64,000 bases of DNA, taken from the IMG/VR virus record IMGVR_UViG_3300010160_000047, positions 1,789 through 65,788 of that record. The stretch is one strand, 5' to 3'. Both the position numbers and the translations under genes were made by a program. Of this stretch, positions 18,877 to 27,703 are shown one piece after another. How positions within the stretch are numbered: position 1 is the first letter of the stretch; each line of letters begins with the position of its first letter. The notes under the pieces are model-generated. The model saw only the letters and a program-made list of their open reading frames with translations. It made no database searches and was not told where the DNA came from. The stretch is from a virus (taxonomy: Duplodnaviria > Caudoviricetes).

Positions 18877-19080
18877 ATGGGTAGAGCATTAGTAAATAAA
18901 GGAGAAATGTCGGGTTATGCTAAAGGCACTAATAGTGCATCTAAAGGCATGGCAATGGTGGGCGAAAAAGGGAAAGAAATAGTGATGATGAAAGGTGGCG
19001 AAAAAGTTATTCCAAACAATAAAATATCTAAATATATATCTGGAAAAATTATTCAAGCAAAAAATAAAAAGAAAAAATAA
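18877..19080 (+). CDS. small protein with tape-measure-type YAxGT..VGExGxE motif
   Basis: YAKGTNSASKGMAMVGEKGKEIVMMKGGEKVIPN. Confidence 0.7.
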   Translation: MGRALVNKGEMSGYAKGTNSASKGMAMVGEKGKEIVMMKGGEKVIPNNKISKYISGKIIQAKNKKKK

Positions 19081-19343
19081 TGCCTACAGTAACAAATCAA
19101 ATAGCCGCACCTGCTTTAAGAGGGCAAGGTGTAAAAGTAACTTTAAATGCAGCAGATTCTGCTAATTTAGCTACAATGTTAATTGGAGCAACTTGTACAG
19201 CATCTGGATCTTCAAATACAGGAACAATTGTTTCTATTGATACATTTGGCAATTCATTTAAAGTGAGTCCAATAAGTCCAGCAACAAGATTTGATGGCAC
19301 GGCCGTTGGTCAATTGGCAGCAGCAGTAACAATAACTTATTAA
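19080..19343 (+). CDS. putative virion structural protein
   Basis: A/T/G/S-rich 87-aa ORF in the head module. Confidence 0.65.
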   Translation: MPTVTNQIAAPALRGQGVKVTLNAADSANLATMLIGATCTASGSSNTGTIVSIDTFGNSFKVSPISPATRFDGTAVGQLAAAVTITY

Positions 19344-19361
19344 TATTTAAAATAAAAAAAA

Positions 19362-19715
19362 ATGGCACTCAGTTTAACACAAGATGTAACAACCGAATTT
19401 AATGCTAATAATGGTTATGTTGCAGATGCATCAAATTGGGATTATCTGATTTGGCAATTTGTAACTCCTTCTGGAACGATAAGCATTACTGCAACAAATG
19501 ATGCAGGATCTGTTACTGGTAGTTTTGATGGTAATTCATTAACTGCAACTAATTTTGTAACGGTTTCTGCTACTAATGCGAATGCAAGTACGGTAGTAAC
19601 ATCTGTTTCTGCTGCTGGTATTTATAGGACATCTTATGTAGGTCAATTTGTAAAATTTGGCGGAGCAGCAGCAGCGGCAACTAAAGTAATTATTCAATTC
19701 CATAAATTCAGTTAA
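19362..19715 (+). CDS. putative virion structural (decoration-like) protein
   Basis: Beta-rich, A/T/S-rich 117-aa ORF. Confidence 0.65.
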   Translation: MALSLTQDVTTEFNANNGYVADASNWDYLIWQFVTPSGTISITATNDAGSVTGSFDGNSLTATNFVTVSATNANASTVVTSVSAAGIYRTSYVGQFVKFGGAAAAATKVIIQFHKFS

Positions 19716-19716
19716 T

Positions 19717-20094
19717 ATGGATCTTACATCAGAAGTAATTAAAGGAAAACTTTTTTCTTTTCAAACATCAGCACATAGTCTTCATCTTGATACTAGATCT
19801 TATGCCGAGCATAAGGCTTTGCAAAAACTTTATGAAGGTATAGATGGAATTAAAGATGACATTCTTGAAATTCTTATGGGGTATCAAAATGGAAAAAGAA
19901 TTGGCAAAGCCAAATTGGATGAATTTCCAACCTACAGTCAAGAAGCAGTAACTGGATTAGTGAAAGAGGGAATGTCTTTTGCTTATGAACTTGAAATGTG
20001 GGCCGAAAATAAAAAGTATTGTGACATATCAAATAAAGCACAAGATTTAAGTGGTTTATTTGCAAGAACACAATATATGCTTACGCTGAGTTAA
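19717..20094 (+). CDS. ferritin/Dps-like four-helix protein (DUF5856-like)
   Basis: AHSLHLDTRSYAEHKALQKLYEGI...DDILE...QYMLTLS. Confidence 0.8.
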   Translation: MDLTSEVIKGKLFSFQTSAHSLHLDTRSYAEHKALQKLYEGIDGIKDDILEILMGYQNGKRIGKAKLDEFPTYSQEAVTGLVKEGMSFAYELEMWAENKKYCDISNKAQDLSGLFARTQYMLTLS

Positions 20095-20109
20095 AAAACA
20101 AATATATAT

Positions 20110-21264
20110 ATGTCAGAAGAAACAAACATTGAACAAACTACAATTGAGCAAGAAAATAATCTTGCCAATCCTTTCTCAGAAGAAAGTTGGAGCAATGCTT
20201 CAGTAAAAGTAGATGAAAATCAAACAAACAATTTAGAAACAAAATCAGATTCATCAAATCAATCTAAACAAGAATCAGAAAATGATGTTTTTGATGCTAA
20301 TGAGTATCTTAAATTAAAACTTGGCTTTGATGATTGGGATGATGCGCTTACTCAAATAACTGAGTTAAGAAATAAAAAAGATTTTGTTTTTGAAAACGAA
20401 GACAGCAAGAAATTATTTGATTACGTTAAAGAACAAAAGGAAGATGATCTTATAAATTTTCTGCAAGAAAAAAAGAAAATAGAAAGATTATCTTCATCCG
20501 ATGTTAAAGATGCAAACACAGCAGCAGAAATTGTAAAGCTGAGTATGGGAGTAAAAAACAAAGATTTAGAACAAGATGAAATAGATTTCCTATTTAATGA
20601 AAGATTTCAGAAACCTGCAAAACCAGAGCAGAAATATGATGAGTTAGATTCTGATTATGAAGAAAGAGTAGGCACTTGGGAAAACAGAGTTAATGAAATT
20701 GAAAAAAGACTAGTTATAGAAGCCAAACTAGTTAAACCAGAATTAGAAAAAATTAAATCAAATTTTATATTACCTGATTTAAATCCAAGTATACAAGTGA
20801 GTCCAGAAGTATTGGAAGCGCAAAAAAAATACATGGATAATTTTTATGGTAGTGTAAATGATGTAATAGGTTCATTTGAGGGTTTTACAGCTACAGTAAA
20901 AGATGAAGGAGCAGATTTTAATGTTGCATATATCCCATCCTATGAAGAAAAACAAGCCGTTGCTAACCAATTGAATTATTTTGCTGAAAACAATTTAGAT
21001 GCTAACATGATATTTGCCGAAAGATGGGTAAATGATGATAACACTATTAATGTTCAGCAAATGACAAAAGATTTGTTTTTATTGCAAAATGAAGGCAAGA
21101 TCACTCAAAAGTATGTCAACGAAGCCGCAAACAGAAGATTAGCTATGCATCTAAAAAAGCAAAGCAATATTGACTTTAGCGGAACATCAAACAGCGGAAC
21201 ATTTACACCAGACAATAGACAATCCGAAATGGATAAATTGGCTGCGATAATGTTTGCTAAATAA
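20110..21264 (+). CDS. putative capsid scaffolding protein
   Basis: Acidic, helical, immediately upstream of MCP as in crAss-like phages. Confidence 0.7.
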   Translation: MSEETNIEQTTIEQENNLANPFSEESWSNASVKVDENQTNNLETKSDSSNQSKQESENDVFDANEYLKLKLGFDDWDDALTQITELRNKKDFVFENEDSKKLFDYVKEQKEDDLINFLQEKKKIERLSSSDVKDANTAAEIVKLSMGVKNKDLEQDEIDFLFNERFQKPAKPEQKYDELDSDYEERVGTWENRVNEIEKRLVIEAKLVKPELEKIKSNFILPDLNPSIQVSPEVLEAQKKYMDNFYGSVNDVIGSFEGFTATVKDEGADFNVAYIPSYEEKQAVANQLNYFAENNLDANMIFAERWVNDDNTINVQQMTKDLFLLQNEGKITQKYVNEAANRRLAMHLKKQSNIDFSGTSNSGTFTPDNRQSEMDKLAAIMFAK

Positions 21265-21294
21265 CATTTTTAAAAACTTTAAAATCTAAACAAA

Positions 21295-22728
21295 ATGGCA
21301 GGAATTCCTACCTCAAACATTTTGCAACCGGGTGCTATTAGTACCCCATATGTGCAAAGACAGTTAATCTCTGATCTTCAGTTATTGACTCCTCAGTACT
21401 ACAAGCAGTACGTTGAAAAATATGGCAACGAAGATTTCACTTGGTGGTTATCTACCTATGGTGGAATGGAAGAAGTAAAAAATCGTAATTACTTTTGGTT
21501 TGAAAATTATGGTAAATTAATGGTTGGTATACAAGTTGCTACCGCAGTTACAGCAAACGTAGCAGGTGCAACAGTAAGTTTAACTTTGGCTTCTGGTGAC
21601 CACTTTAATTCTGGTACACAATCTCCATTGAGAGTTGGTGAAACTATCAGAATCGCATCTACAAACGTAGAAGGTGAAATCATCGCAATCACAGGTACAA
21701 CTGCTAATGCATTTACTTTCCAAATTCGTCCAAAAATTTCTACTCAAGCATTAAACACATTAGGTTCAACTCAATTGTTGACTACTGATGTTATTTTGTT
21801 TGGTGGTGATATGGATGCTGGTGAAGCTTCTACAAGCATCAATCCTCTTATCCATTTGGATCAGAAATATGAGAACAACATTACCGAAATGAGAGAATCT
21901 TGGTCAGCATCAGACTTAGCTGAAATGAGTGAGGTTTTCTATAACAGCGGTGTTTCTGGTATGGAAATGGCAGGTGGCGCACAAGCAGGTACTAGCTATT
22001 TCACTTACAAAGGATTGGTAAAATCAAACCAACGCTTCATCAACAACGTAGAGTTTAAATTAATGCGTGGTAATATTCAAAATAACTCTGGTTTAGGTAC
22101 TACTACATCTGTAGGTTCTCAAGGTATTATTCCTAAGGTTCTTGCTGATGGTGAATCAGTTGGTTATACTCCGGGTACATTGGATATTGCTAAATTGCAT
22201 GAAATCACTCGTATCATGGATGTTAATGGTTGTGCCAACGAAAATATGTGGTTACAAGATATTTATCAAAGACAAAACTTCTCTGATGGTTTGTTTAAAG
22301 AATATCCTGCTGGTGCTTACGTTTGGGGGCAAAACGAAAAGTCAGAAGAAGCCGCTATTAACTATGGTGTACAATCATTGAGAATTGATGGCTATATGTT
22401 CAAAGTTAAGAAGTACAAACAATTCAATACAGAAATGACCGTAGGTATCACTCCTGTATCTGATTACTTCCGTAATTTCGGAATGATTTGTCCTCAAGGC
22501 GAAACTCGTGATGCGAAAAATGTTACTAAAGCATACAAAAACATTACTGTTATGTATCAAGCTCCTCCAAAAGGTGGAACTACTGGTAACGCAATCAGAG
22601 TATGGCAATGGGGTGGTGGTTCTCAGAACCCAACTTCTGGTACAATGACTGACAACATTGAAACTATCACTTATCGTGGTACTCGTGTATGTGCAGCAAA
22701 CCAATTCATTATCGTTCAAGCTGGATAA
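21295..22728 (+). CDS. major capsid protein (crAss-like)
   Basis: PQYYKQYVEKYGNE, YFWFE, LRVGETI, GFG-like NYGVQSLRIDGYMF. Biased high-expression codon usage, followed by a terminator. Confidence 0.88.
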   Translation: MAGIPTSNILQPGAISTPYVQRQLISDLQLLTPQYYKQYVEKYGNEDFTWWLSTYGGMEEVKNRNYFWFENYGKLMVGIQVATAVTANVAGATVSLTLASGDHFNSGTQSPLRVGETIRIASTNVEGEIIAITGTTANAFTFQIRPKISTQALNTLGSTQLLTTDVILFGGDMDAGEASTSINPLIHLDQKYENNITEMRESWSASDLAEMSEVFYNSGVSGMEMAGGAQAGTSYFTYKGLVKSNQRFINNVEFKLMRGNIQNNSGLGTTTSVGSQGIIPKVLADGESVGYTPGTLDIAKLHEITRIMDVNGCANENMWLQDIYQRQNFSDGLFKEYPAGAYVWGQNEKSEEAAINYGVQSLRIDGYMFKVKKYKQFNTEMTVGITPVSDYFRNFGMICPQGETRDAKNVTKAYKNITVMYQAPPKGGTTGNAIRVWQWGGGSQNPTSGTMTDNIETITYRGTRVCAANQFIIVQAG

Positions 22729-22746
22729 TCAGTTGAATAAAAAAAC

Positions 22747-22779
22747 ACCCCGGGTTGAGAAATCTCCCGGGGTTATTTT
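22747..22779 (+). terminator. intrinsic terminator after MCP
   Basis: ACCCCGGG-ttgagaaatct-CCCGGGGT followed by TATTTT. Confidence 0.8.
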
Positions 22780-22842
22780 AAAATATCATCCTATGTATGT
22801 AGGAGGCATAAGCCTTAAAATTTAAAAAATAAAAAAAATAAA

Positions 22843-23745
22843 ATGGCAAGATTAAAAGATGTGAATTTTTCTATACAAGGAGAAACACAACAATCAGAAA
22901 GTTCTTTATTTCACGATGAAGTTGCAAGAATAGCAGTAGCAGATAATCCACCAACTACTGAAACAAGATTTCATATTTTTAAATTGGTAGATACCAATAA
23001 AAAAGGTGGTACTTATATTCCTAACATTGATGATGTTATTAACCCAGAAACAGGTAAAGAAGAAAGGGTTAGATTGCTTTCTGGAATAGAATCAATTTGG
23101 GTAAAAGACCAAAAGGGATTAGATCAAGATTATATAAGACAAAACGCAAAAAGTTTATCTTTCCCTAGAGGTGCAAAATGTTTGCGTATACCAGATTGGG
23201 ATAAAACAGCTTTAGAGTTTGCAAGAATATGCAGACATAATATTGGTAATCCAAACCGCAAAAGTGGAAGTAAATTTGAGTTTTTTGAATATGATCCAGC
23301 AAAACAAGCTAGAGAAGCATTTGAAAGAGAAAGCCTAGAAATTGATATGGCAATCATTGCTCGTGAATTGGATGAAATTACTTTGAAAAAATATATCAGC
23401 TTTTTGAAAATAATTATGCACGATGAACTTGGCGAACCCAAAACAATTGATTCTTTAAGAAAAGAATTAATGATGTATGCTAAGAGAAATCCATTTTTAT
23501 TCAAAGATTTAATTAATAATAAATCAATTGAAGTTGAGATTAGTTATATGATAAAGAAAGGGATTCTTTCAGCTAAAATAGATGTAGGAAGTCAACCTGG
23601 TAGAGCATTTTGGGCAAATGGCGGTGGTTTAATTGGATTAATCCCATCTAATAGACAAGCCTTGGATTATTTAACTGAGTTGGCTTTGACTAATACAGAA
23701 GAAGGAAGAACATTTCAAAAACAATTAAAAGAAACAATGAAATGA
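22843..23745 (+). CDS. conserved crAss-like post-capsid gene product
   Basis: 300 aa directly after MCP. FEFFEYDPAKQA, LMMYAKRNP. Assigned by synteny. Confidence 0.6.
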   Translation: MARLKDVNFSIQGETQQSESSLFHDEVARIAVADNPPTTETRFHIFKLVDTNKKGGTYIPNIDDVINPETGKEERVRLLSGIESIWVKDQKGLDQDYIRQNAKSLSFPRGAKCLRIPDWDKTALEFARICRHNIGNPNRKSGSKFEFFEYDPAKQAREAFERESLEIDMAIIARELDEITLKKYISFLKIIMHDELGEPKTIDSLRKELMMYAKRNPFLFKDLINNKSIEVEISYMIKKGILSAKIDVGSQPGRAFWANGGGLIGLIPSNRQALDYLTELALTNTEEGRTFQKQLKETMK

Positions 23746-24641
23746 CAATAGATGAAATTTACCAAATAATACTTTATAGTACAGCTAAGAATTTATCTCA
23801 AGGGTACGTTAGTCCTACAGATTTTAATCTTACTATAAATCAAGCACAAAAAAGCTATACATCGTATTTACTTGGTTCATTTCAACAATATATGCCTGGA
23901 AGGGCGGTTGCAAGGGTAGAATTTGGACAAAACACAATAGTCAGAACAAGGTTAGCTCCAATAATATATTGGGCAAATTTAACGGTGAATGGCTCTGGGT
24001 TTTGTTCATACCCTAGTGATTATTTACAGGCAGATGCAATGTTTACAAATACTGGATATAATCGTATTAGATGCGTACAGCAGGATTCTTTATATTCTTA
24101 TTATAATTCTGCAATAGATCCAATAACTACTAACCCTATTTATATTTTAGAAGACACAGGATTTCATTTTTTCCCTGAAACCATAGGAACGGCTAAATTA
24201 AGTTATGTAGCTAATCCTCCAGATATGGTTTGGGCATATGCAGATAATACAAATGGCATCCCAGTTTTTACAACAGGTATTCAAGGAGTAAATGTAATTA
24301 CAGGTGGTAGTGGTTATTCTTCCGCAACAGTTATATTTTCAGCCCCATCAATAGGAGGAGTTCAAGCAACAGGCACAGTAACTTTATCAAGCGGTGTAGT
24401 TACAGGTATAGTTATGACAAATAATGGTAGTGGGTATATTGGTTTAACACCTACAATGACTTTTACCGGAGTAGGGGGTACAGGTGCAACTTTTTCTGCA
24501 CCAACAATTTCAGTAAATCCAGTTTGGGATGATGCGACTATGTTAGAAATAATAGTTAGAGCATTAGCGATTATTGGTGTAAATTTACAATTAAATGTAG
24601 TTGAACAATATTCAATGGCAATTAAAAACCAAGGACAATAA
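23742..24641 (+). CDS. tail ring / head-tail adaptor protein with inserted Gly-rich beta domain
   Basis: GYVSPTDFNLTINQAQ...LEIIVRALAIIGVNL frame with inserted GGSGY/NGSGY repeats. Confidence 0.7.
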   Translation: MTIDEIYQIILYSTAKNLSQGYVSPTDFNLTINQAQKSYTSYLLGSFQQYMPGRAVARVEFGQNTIVRTRLAPIIYWANLTVNGSGFCSYPSDYLQADAMFTNTGYNRIRCVQQDSLYSYYNSAIDPITTNPIYILEDTGFHFFPETIGTAKLSYVANPPDMVWAYADNTNGIPVFTTGIQGVNVITGGSGYSSATVIFSAPSIGGVQATGTVTLSSGVVTGIVMTNNGSGYIGLTPTMTFTGVGGTGATFSAPTISVNPVWDDATMLEIIVRALAIIGVNLQLNVVEQYSMAIKNQGQ

Positions 24642-25858
24642 TGGCAAATCAAATACAAGGAACGGTTTACCAAATTGATGGCAGCCCATTATCATCTCCA
24701 ATAGAAGTTTCTTTTTTAACTAATAACATATATATTAGAGAGTATCAAATTGGTTTGATATCAGAGGTTAATGCAGCCATTGTTTATTATCCAAACACAA
24801 GCAACCAATTACAAGAACAAACATTTTTAGTTTCTGAATCCGCATCTACATTAATAGCGGCAGCAAACGTAAACGGAACTACACAAGTATCAACTACAGT
24901 TTTAGAAATAAATCAAGATCCACAAATACCGGGCGGATTAAATTTCAGTTTTCCTGCACAAGGTATTTCAATATGGCCTGTGGCTGTACCTATAGTAGGA
25001 GGGGTAAATTCATTTCTTGAATTTAAAAATAAAAAATATTACCTTCTTGAAGATGAAGCTACGTTAGTATCAGCGGCAAATGCAGGAGGTGGAGGAGGAG
25101 GAGGAGTAAGTGGAGATGGCACTACAAATTATATTGCTAAATGGTCAAATGCAACAACTCTTTCAGATTCTAATTTATTTGATGATGGAAATGTAATTAA
25201 AAGTGTTTATGGCGGTAATGATACAGGGACTTATCTTGATTTTGGGAATAAAACATTTTTATTTGGAGAAGGGGGTAATACACTACCCTATGGTTTAAAA
25301 GTTATTTTTGATAATTCTAATTCAGAGTGTTCTTTAGGCGATATTACAAATAATTATTTATTAGTAATGTTGCATATATTACCAAATCAAATAGAAACAA
25401 GATGGAACGGTTGGACTACTGGATTAAATTTAGATTATACAAATGGTATTTATAGATTTGGAGATTACGGTAATTCTAATAAAGGAACTTATTTAAATAT
25501 AGATGATACAAATAGCAAAATTTCAACTTTTTATAATTCTATTAATATTGGTTTAGATTTGGATTTTGCAAATAGTGTCTATTGTTTTGGATCACCATTT
25601 GAAGTATCTGGAATAAAAGTAGAAGAAGCTGCCAGAGTGGTAACTATAGGTGATAGTTTTGGAAATGGAAACGGAAATCGTATTACACTTGATGATTTTT
25701 TGGAAACAATAAAATTCAGTACAGCAAACGGAAATTATAAATTTGAAAATATACGAGCATATTCAGACAATACAGATGCTATTGCGAATGGATTGTCTGT
25801 AGGTGATATATACAGACACAGCATTGGTGATGTAGATCAATTATGTATTGTACATTAA
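24641..25858 (+). CDS. fibre-like virion protein (two N-terminal repeats, poly-Gly linker, beta repeats)
   Basis: GTTNYIAKW, repeated GLxLDF/Y..N.xxxFG, C-terminal YSDNTDAIANGLSVGDIYR. Confidence 0.7.
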   Translation: MANQIQGTVYQIDGSPLSSPIEVSFLTNNIYIREYQIGLISEVNAAIVYYPNTSNQLQEQTFLVSESASTLIAAANVNGTTQVSTTVLEINQDPQIPGGLNFSFPAQGISIWPVAVPIVGGVNSFLEFKNKKYYLLEDEATLVSAANAGGGGGGGVSGDGTTNYIAKWSNATTLSDSNLFDDGNVIKSVYGGNDTGTYLDFGNKTFLFGEGGNTLPYGLKVIFDNSNSECSLGDITNNYLLVMLHILPNQIETRWNGWTTGLNLDYTNGIYRFGDYGNSNKGTYLNIDDTNSKISTFYNSINIGLDLDFANSVYCFGSPFEVSGIKVEEAARVVTIGDSFGNGNGNRITLDDFLETIKFSTANGNYKFENIRAYSDNTDAIANGLSVGDIYRHSIGDVDQLCIVH

Positions 25859-25870
25859 TAAAAACATAAA

Positions 25871-26014
25871 ATGACAAACGAACAAGCATTGCAAATTTTA
25901 AAACAAGTAGTAGACCAATCTATTGGTAATGGTATTTTTAAAAATGCCGAAAGTGTTAGTACAGTACTTCAAGCATTACAAACAATAGTGAAAGAATTAC
26001 AAAAAAATAATTAA
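25871..26014 (+). CDS. 47-aa helical protein (possible fibre chaperone)
   Basis: Not in track. MTNEQALQILKQVVDQSIGNGIFKNAESV... with TAATG coupling to the next gene. Confidence 0.65.
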   Translation: MTNEQALQILKQVVDQSIGNGIFKNAESVSTVLQALQTIVKELQKNN

Positions 26015-26649
26015 TGACACGCCAACAACTTATAGAACAAATATTAAGACAAGTCTATGGCACACAGCCATCCGATGATGCTTCTATTACTCCAAACTTA
26101 GTTAATCAAATGATTAATCAAGGTATAGGGATAGTAGTAAAACAAAACTATAAGGATGCAGTACAACTTGATGGTATTGGTTATATTAATAATAGCTTTT
26201 ACACTACATTCAAAGCATTGCCTATAACGCTAGATGAAAATTTTATTTGGAAATTAACGCTTCCGCAAGTGCCAATGGGAATAGGTAGAAACGAAGGGAT
26301 TTCTACATTACAATTTAAGAATTCTAATGCTGAAATATCTAGACCAGTAGTATGGTTATCACAAGACCAAGTTACTTATTATCAATCATTGCAACAACCT
26401 CCTAATAAAACATTAGCATATCAACAAGGCGAGTCTGTATATGTAATAAGCTCTTTAATGCTTAATCAATACACAGCCACAGTAACAATAATTTCTGGAG
26501 GGGATAGTACAAACTTAGCAAGTGTTTTAAATGTTCCCGATGATTATATACCTGGGATAGTAGATTATGTAACTAAAACATTAATGTTAGCAAGGAATCA
26601 AATACAAGACAACGCAAATGATGGAAACGATGCAATCAGAACAGTTTAA
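26014..26649 (+). CDS. tail ring / tubular protein
   Basis: MTRQQLIEQI...SDDASIT...NVPDDYIPGIV...DNANDG pattern and crAss-like synteny. Confidence 0.65.
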   Translation: MTRQQLIEQILRQVYGTQPSDDASITPNLVNQMINQGIGIVVKQNYKDAVQLDGIGYINNSFYTTFKALPITLDENFIWKLTLPQVPMGIGRNEGISTLQFKNSNAEISRPVVWLSQDQVTYYQSLQQPPNKTLAYQQGESVYVISSLMLNQYTATVTIISGGDSTNLASVLNVPDDYIPGIVDYVTKTLMLARNQIQDNANDGNDAIRTV

Positions 26650-26653
26650 ATTT

Positions 26654-26917
26654 ATGAAACCAATAAGAAACCAAATATTATTCAAGCCATTAATAGTAGA
26701 TGAAAAAACTAAAGGTGGATTATTTGTACCAGATAACTACAGAAACGAGTTAGATAAAGGAACAATAGTGGAGGTAGGCGAAGGTACAAAGCAACATCCA
26801 ATGTATTTAAAGAAAGGCGATATTGGCTTTAGGGTTCATAAATGGGGGACATTAGTAGAAATAAACGGAGAGTCCTTTTATTTAATGGAAGATAGTGCTA
26901 TATTAGCCACAATTTAA
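26654..26917 (+). CDS. groES: co-chaperonin GroES (Cpn10)
   Basis: MKPIRNQILFKP..EKTKGGLFVPD...GTIVEVGEG...LKKGD...GESFYLMEDSAILA. Start trimmed to 26654. Confidence 0.92.
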   Translation: MKPIRNQILFKPLIVDEKTKGGLFVPDNYRNELDKGTIVEVGEGTKQHPMYLKKGDIGFRVHKWGTLVEINGESFYLMEDSAILATI

Positions 26918-26929
26918 AACCTATGTAAA

Positions 26930-27700
26930 ATGAGCAATACACACCAACAATATGCATCTCTTGATACAGTTATAAATTTATATTTAGACAGGTCTGAACA
27001 AAGCATACATAAATACTACAAGTGTTGGCAACTTGCTTTCTCTGGAATGGAAGAACTTGGACTTGATTTTTTTTATCAAATCAAATCAGTTAAGCTTCCT
27101 GTAAATGCCAATCTTACAGTTAGTCTTCCAGATGATTATCTTAATTACACAAAAGTAGGAATATTGAATAATAGAGGCGAAATAATCCCAATGGGTTATA
27201 ATAGCAACCTTACAACTTTTGCAGATTTACAACCAAACAGATTAGAAAAAACCCAAGACTCTACTATAGCAGACATTATTCAATTTAATACCCCTATATG
27301 GTATAATTATTGGAACAATGGTGCTTTTTCTACGCTATATGGTATTCCATCGGGATCTCCATTTGTAGGAAGTTTTAAGGTAGATAATCACAATGGAGTT
27401 ATTTTATTAAATGAGAATTATGGTTTTGATTATGTGATGCTTGAATATGTAGCTTCACCAAAACAAGGAGAAGAATATTATATTCCCATTCAATTTAAAA
27501 CTGCATTAATGTGGTATATTGCATACAATGATATTGCTATGCTTCCTAATAGTCGCAAAGGAACTCTTGGAGATAAAGAACAAAGAAAAAGAGCATATCA
27601 TAACGAAAGAAGAGTTGCAAATGCAAGATATAGACCAATAGACTTGCAATCAGCATATGAGTGGGGAATGCAAACAAATAGGCTCACAGTAAAAATTTAA
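26930..27700 (+). CDS. tail ring / tubular protein
   Basis: IKSVKLPVNANLTVSLPDDYLNYTKV, VMLEYVA, typical of crAss-like ring proteins. Confidence 0.7.
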   Translation: MSNTHQQYASLDTVINLYLDRSEQSIHKYYKCWQLAFSGMEELGLDFFYQIKSVKLPVNANLTVSLPDDYLNYTKVGILNNRGEIIPMGYNSNLTTFADLQPNRLEKTQDSTIADIIQFNTPIWYNYWNNGAFSTLYGIPSGSPFVGSFKVDNHNGVILLNENYGFDYVMLEYVASPKQGEEYYIPIQFKTALMWYIAYNDIAMLPNSRKGTLGDKEQRKRAYHNERRVANARYRPIDLQSAYEWGMQTNRLTVKI

Positions 27701-27703
27701 CAA

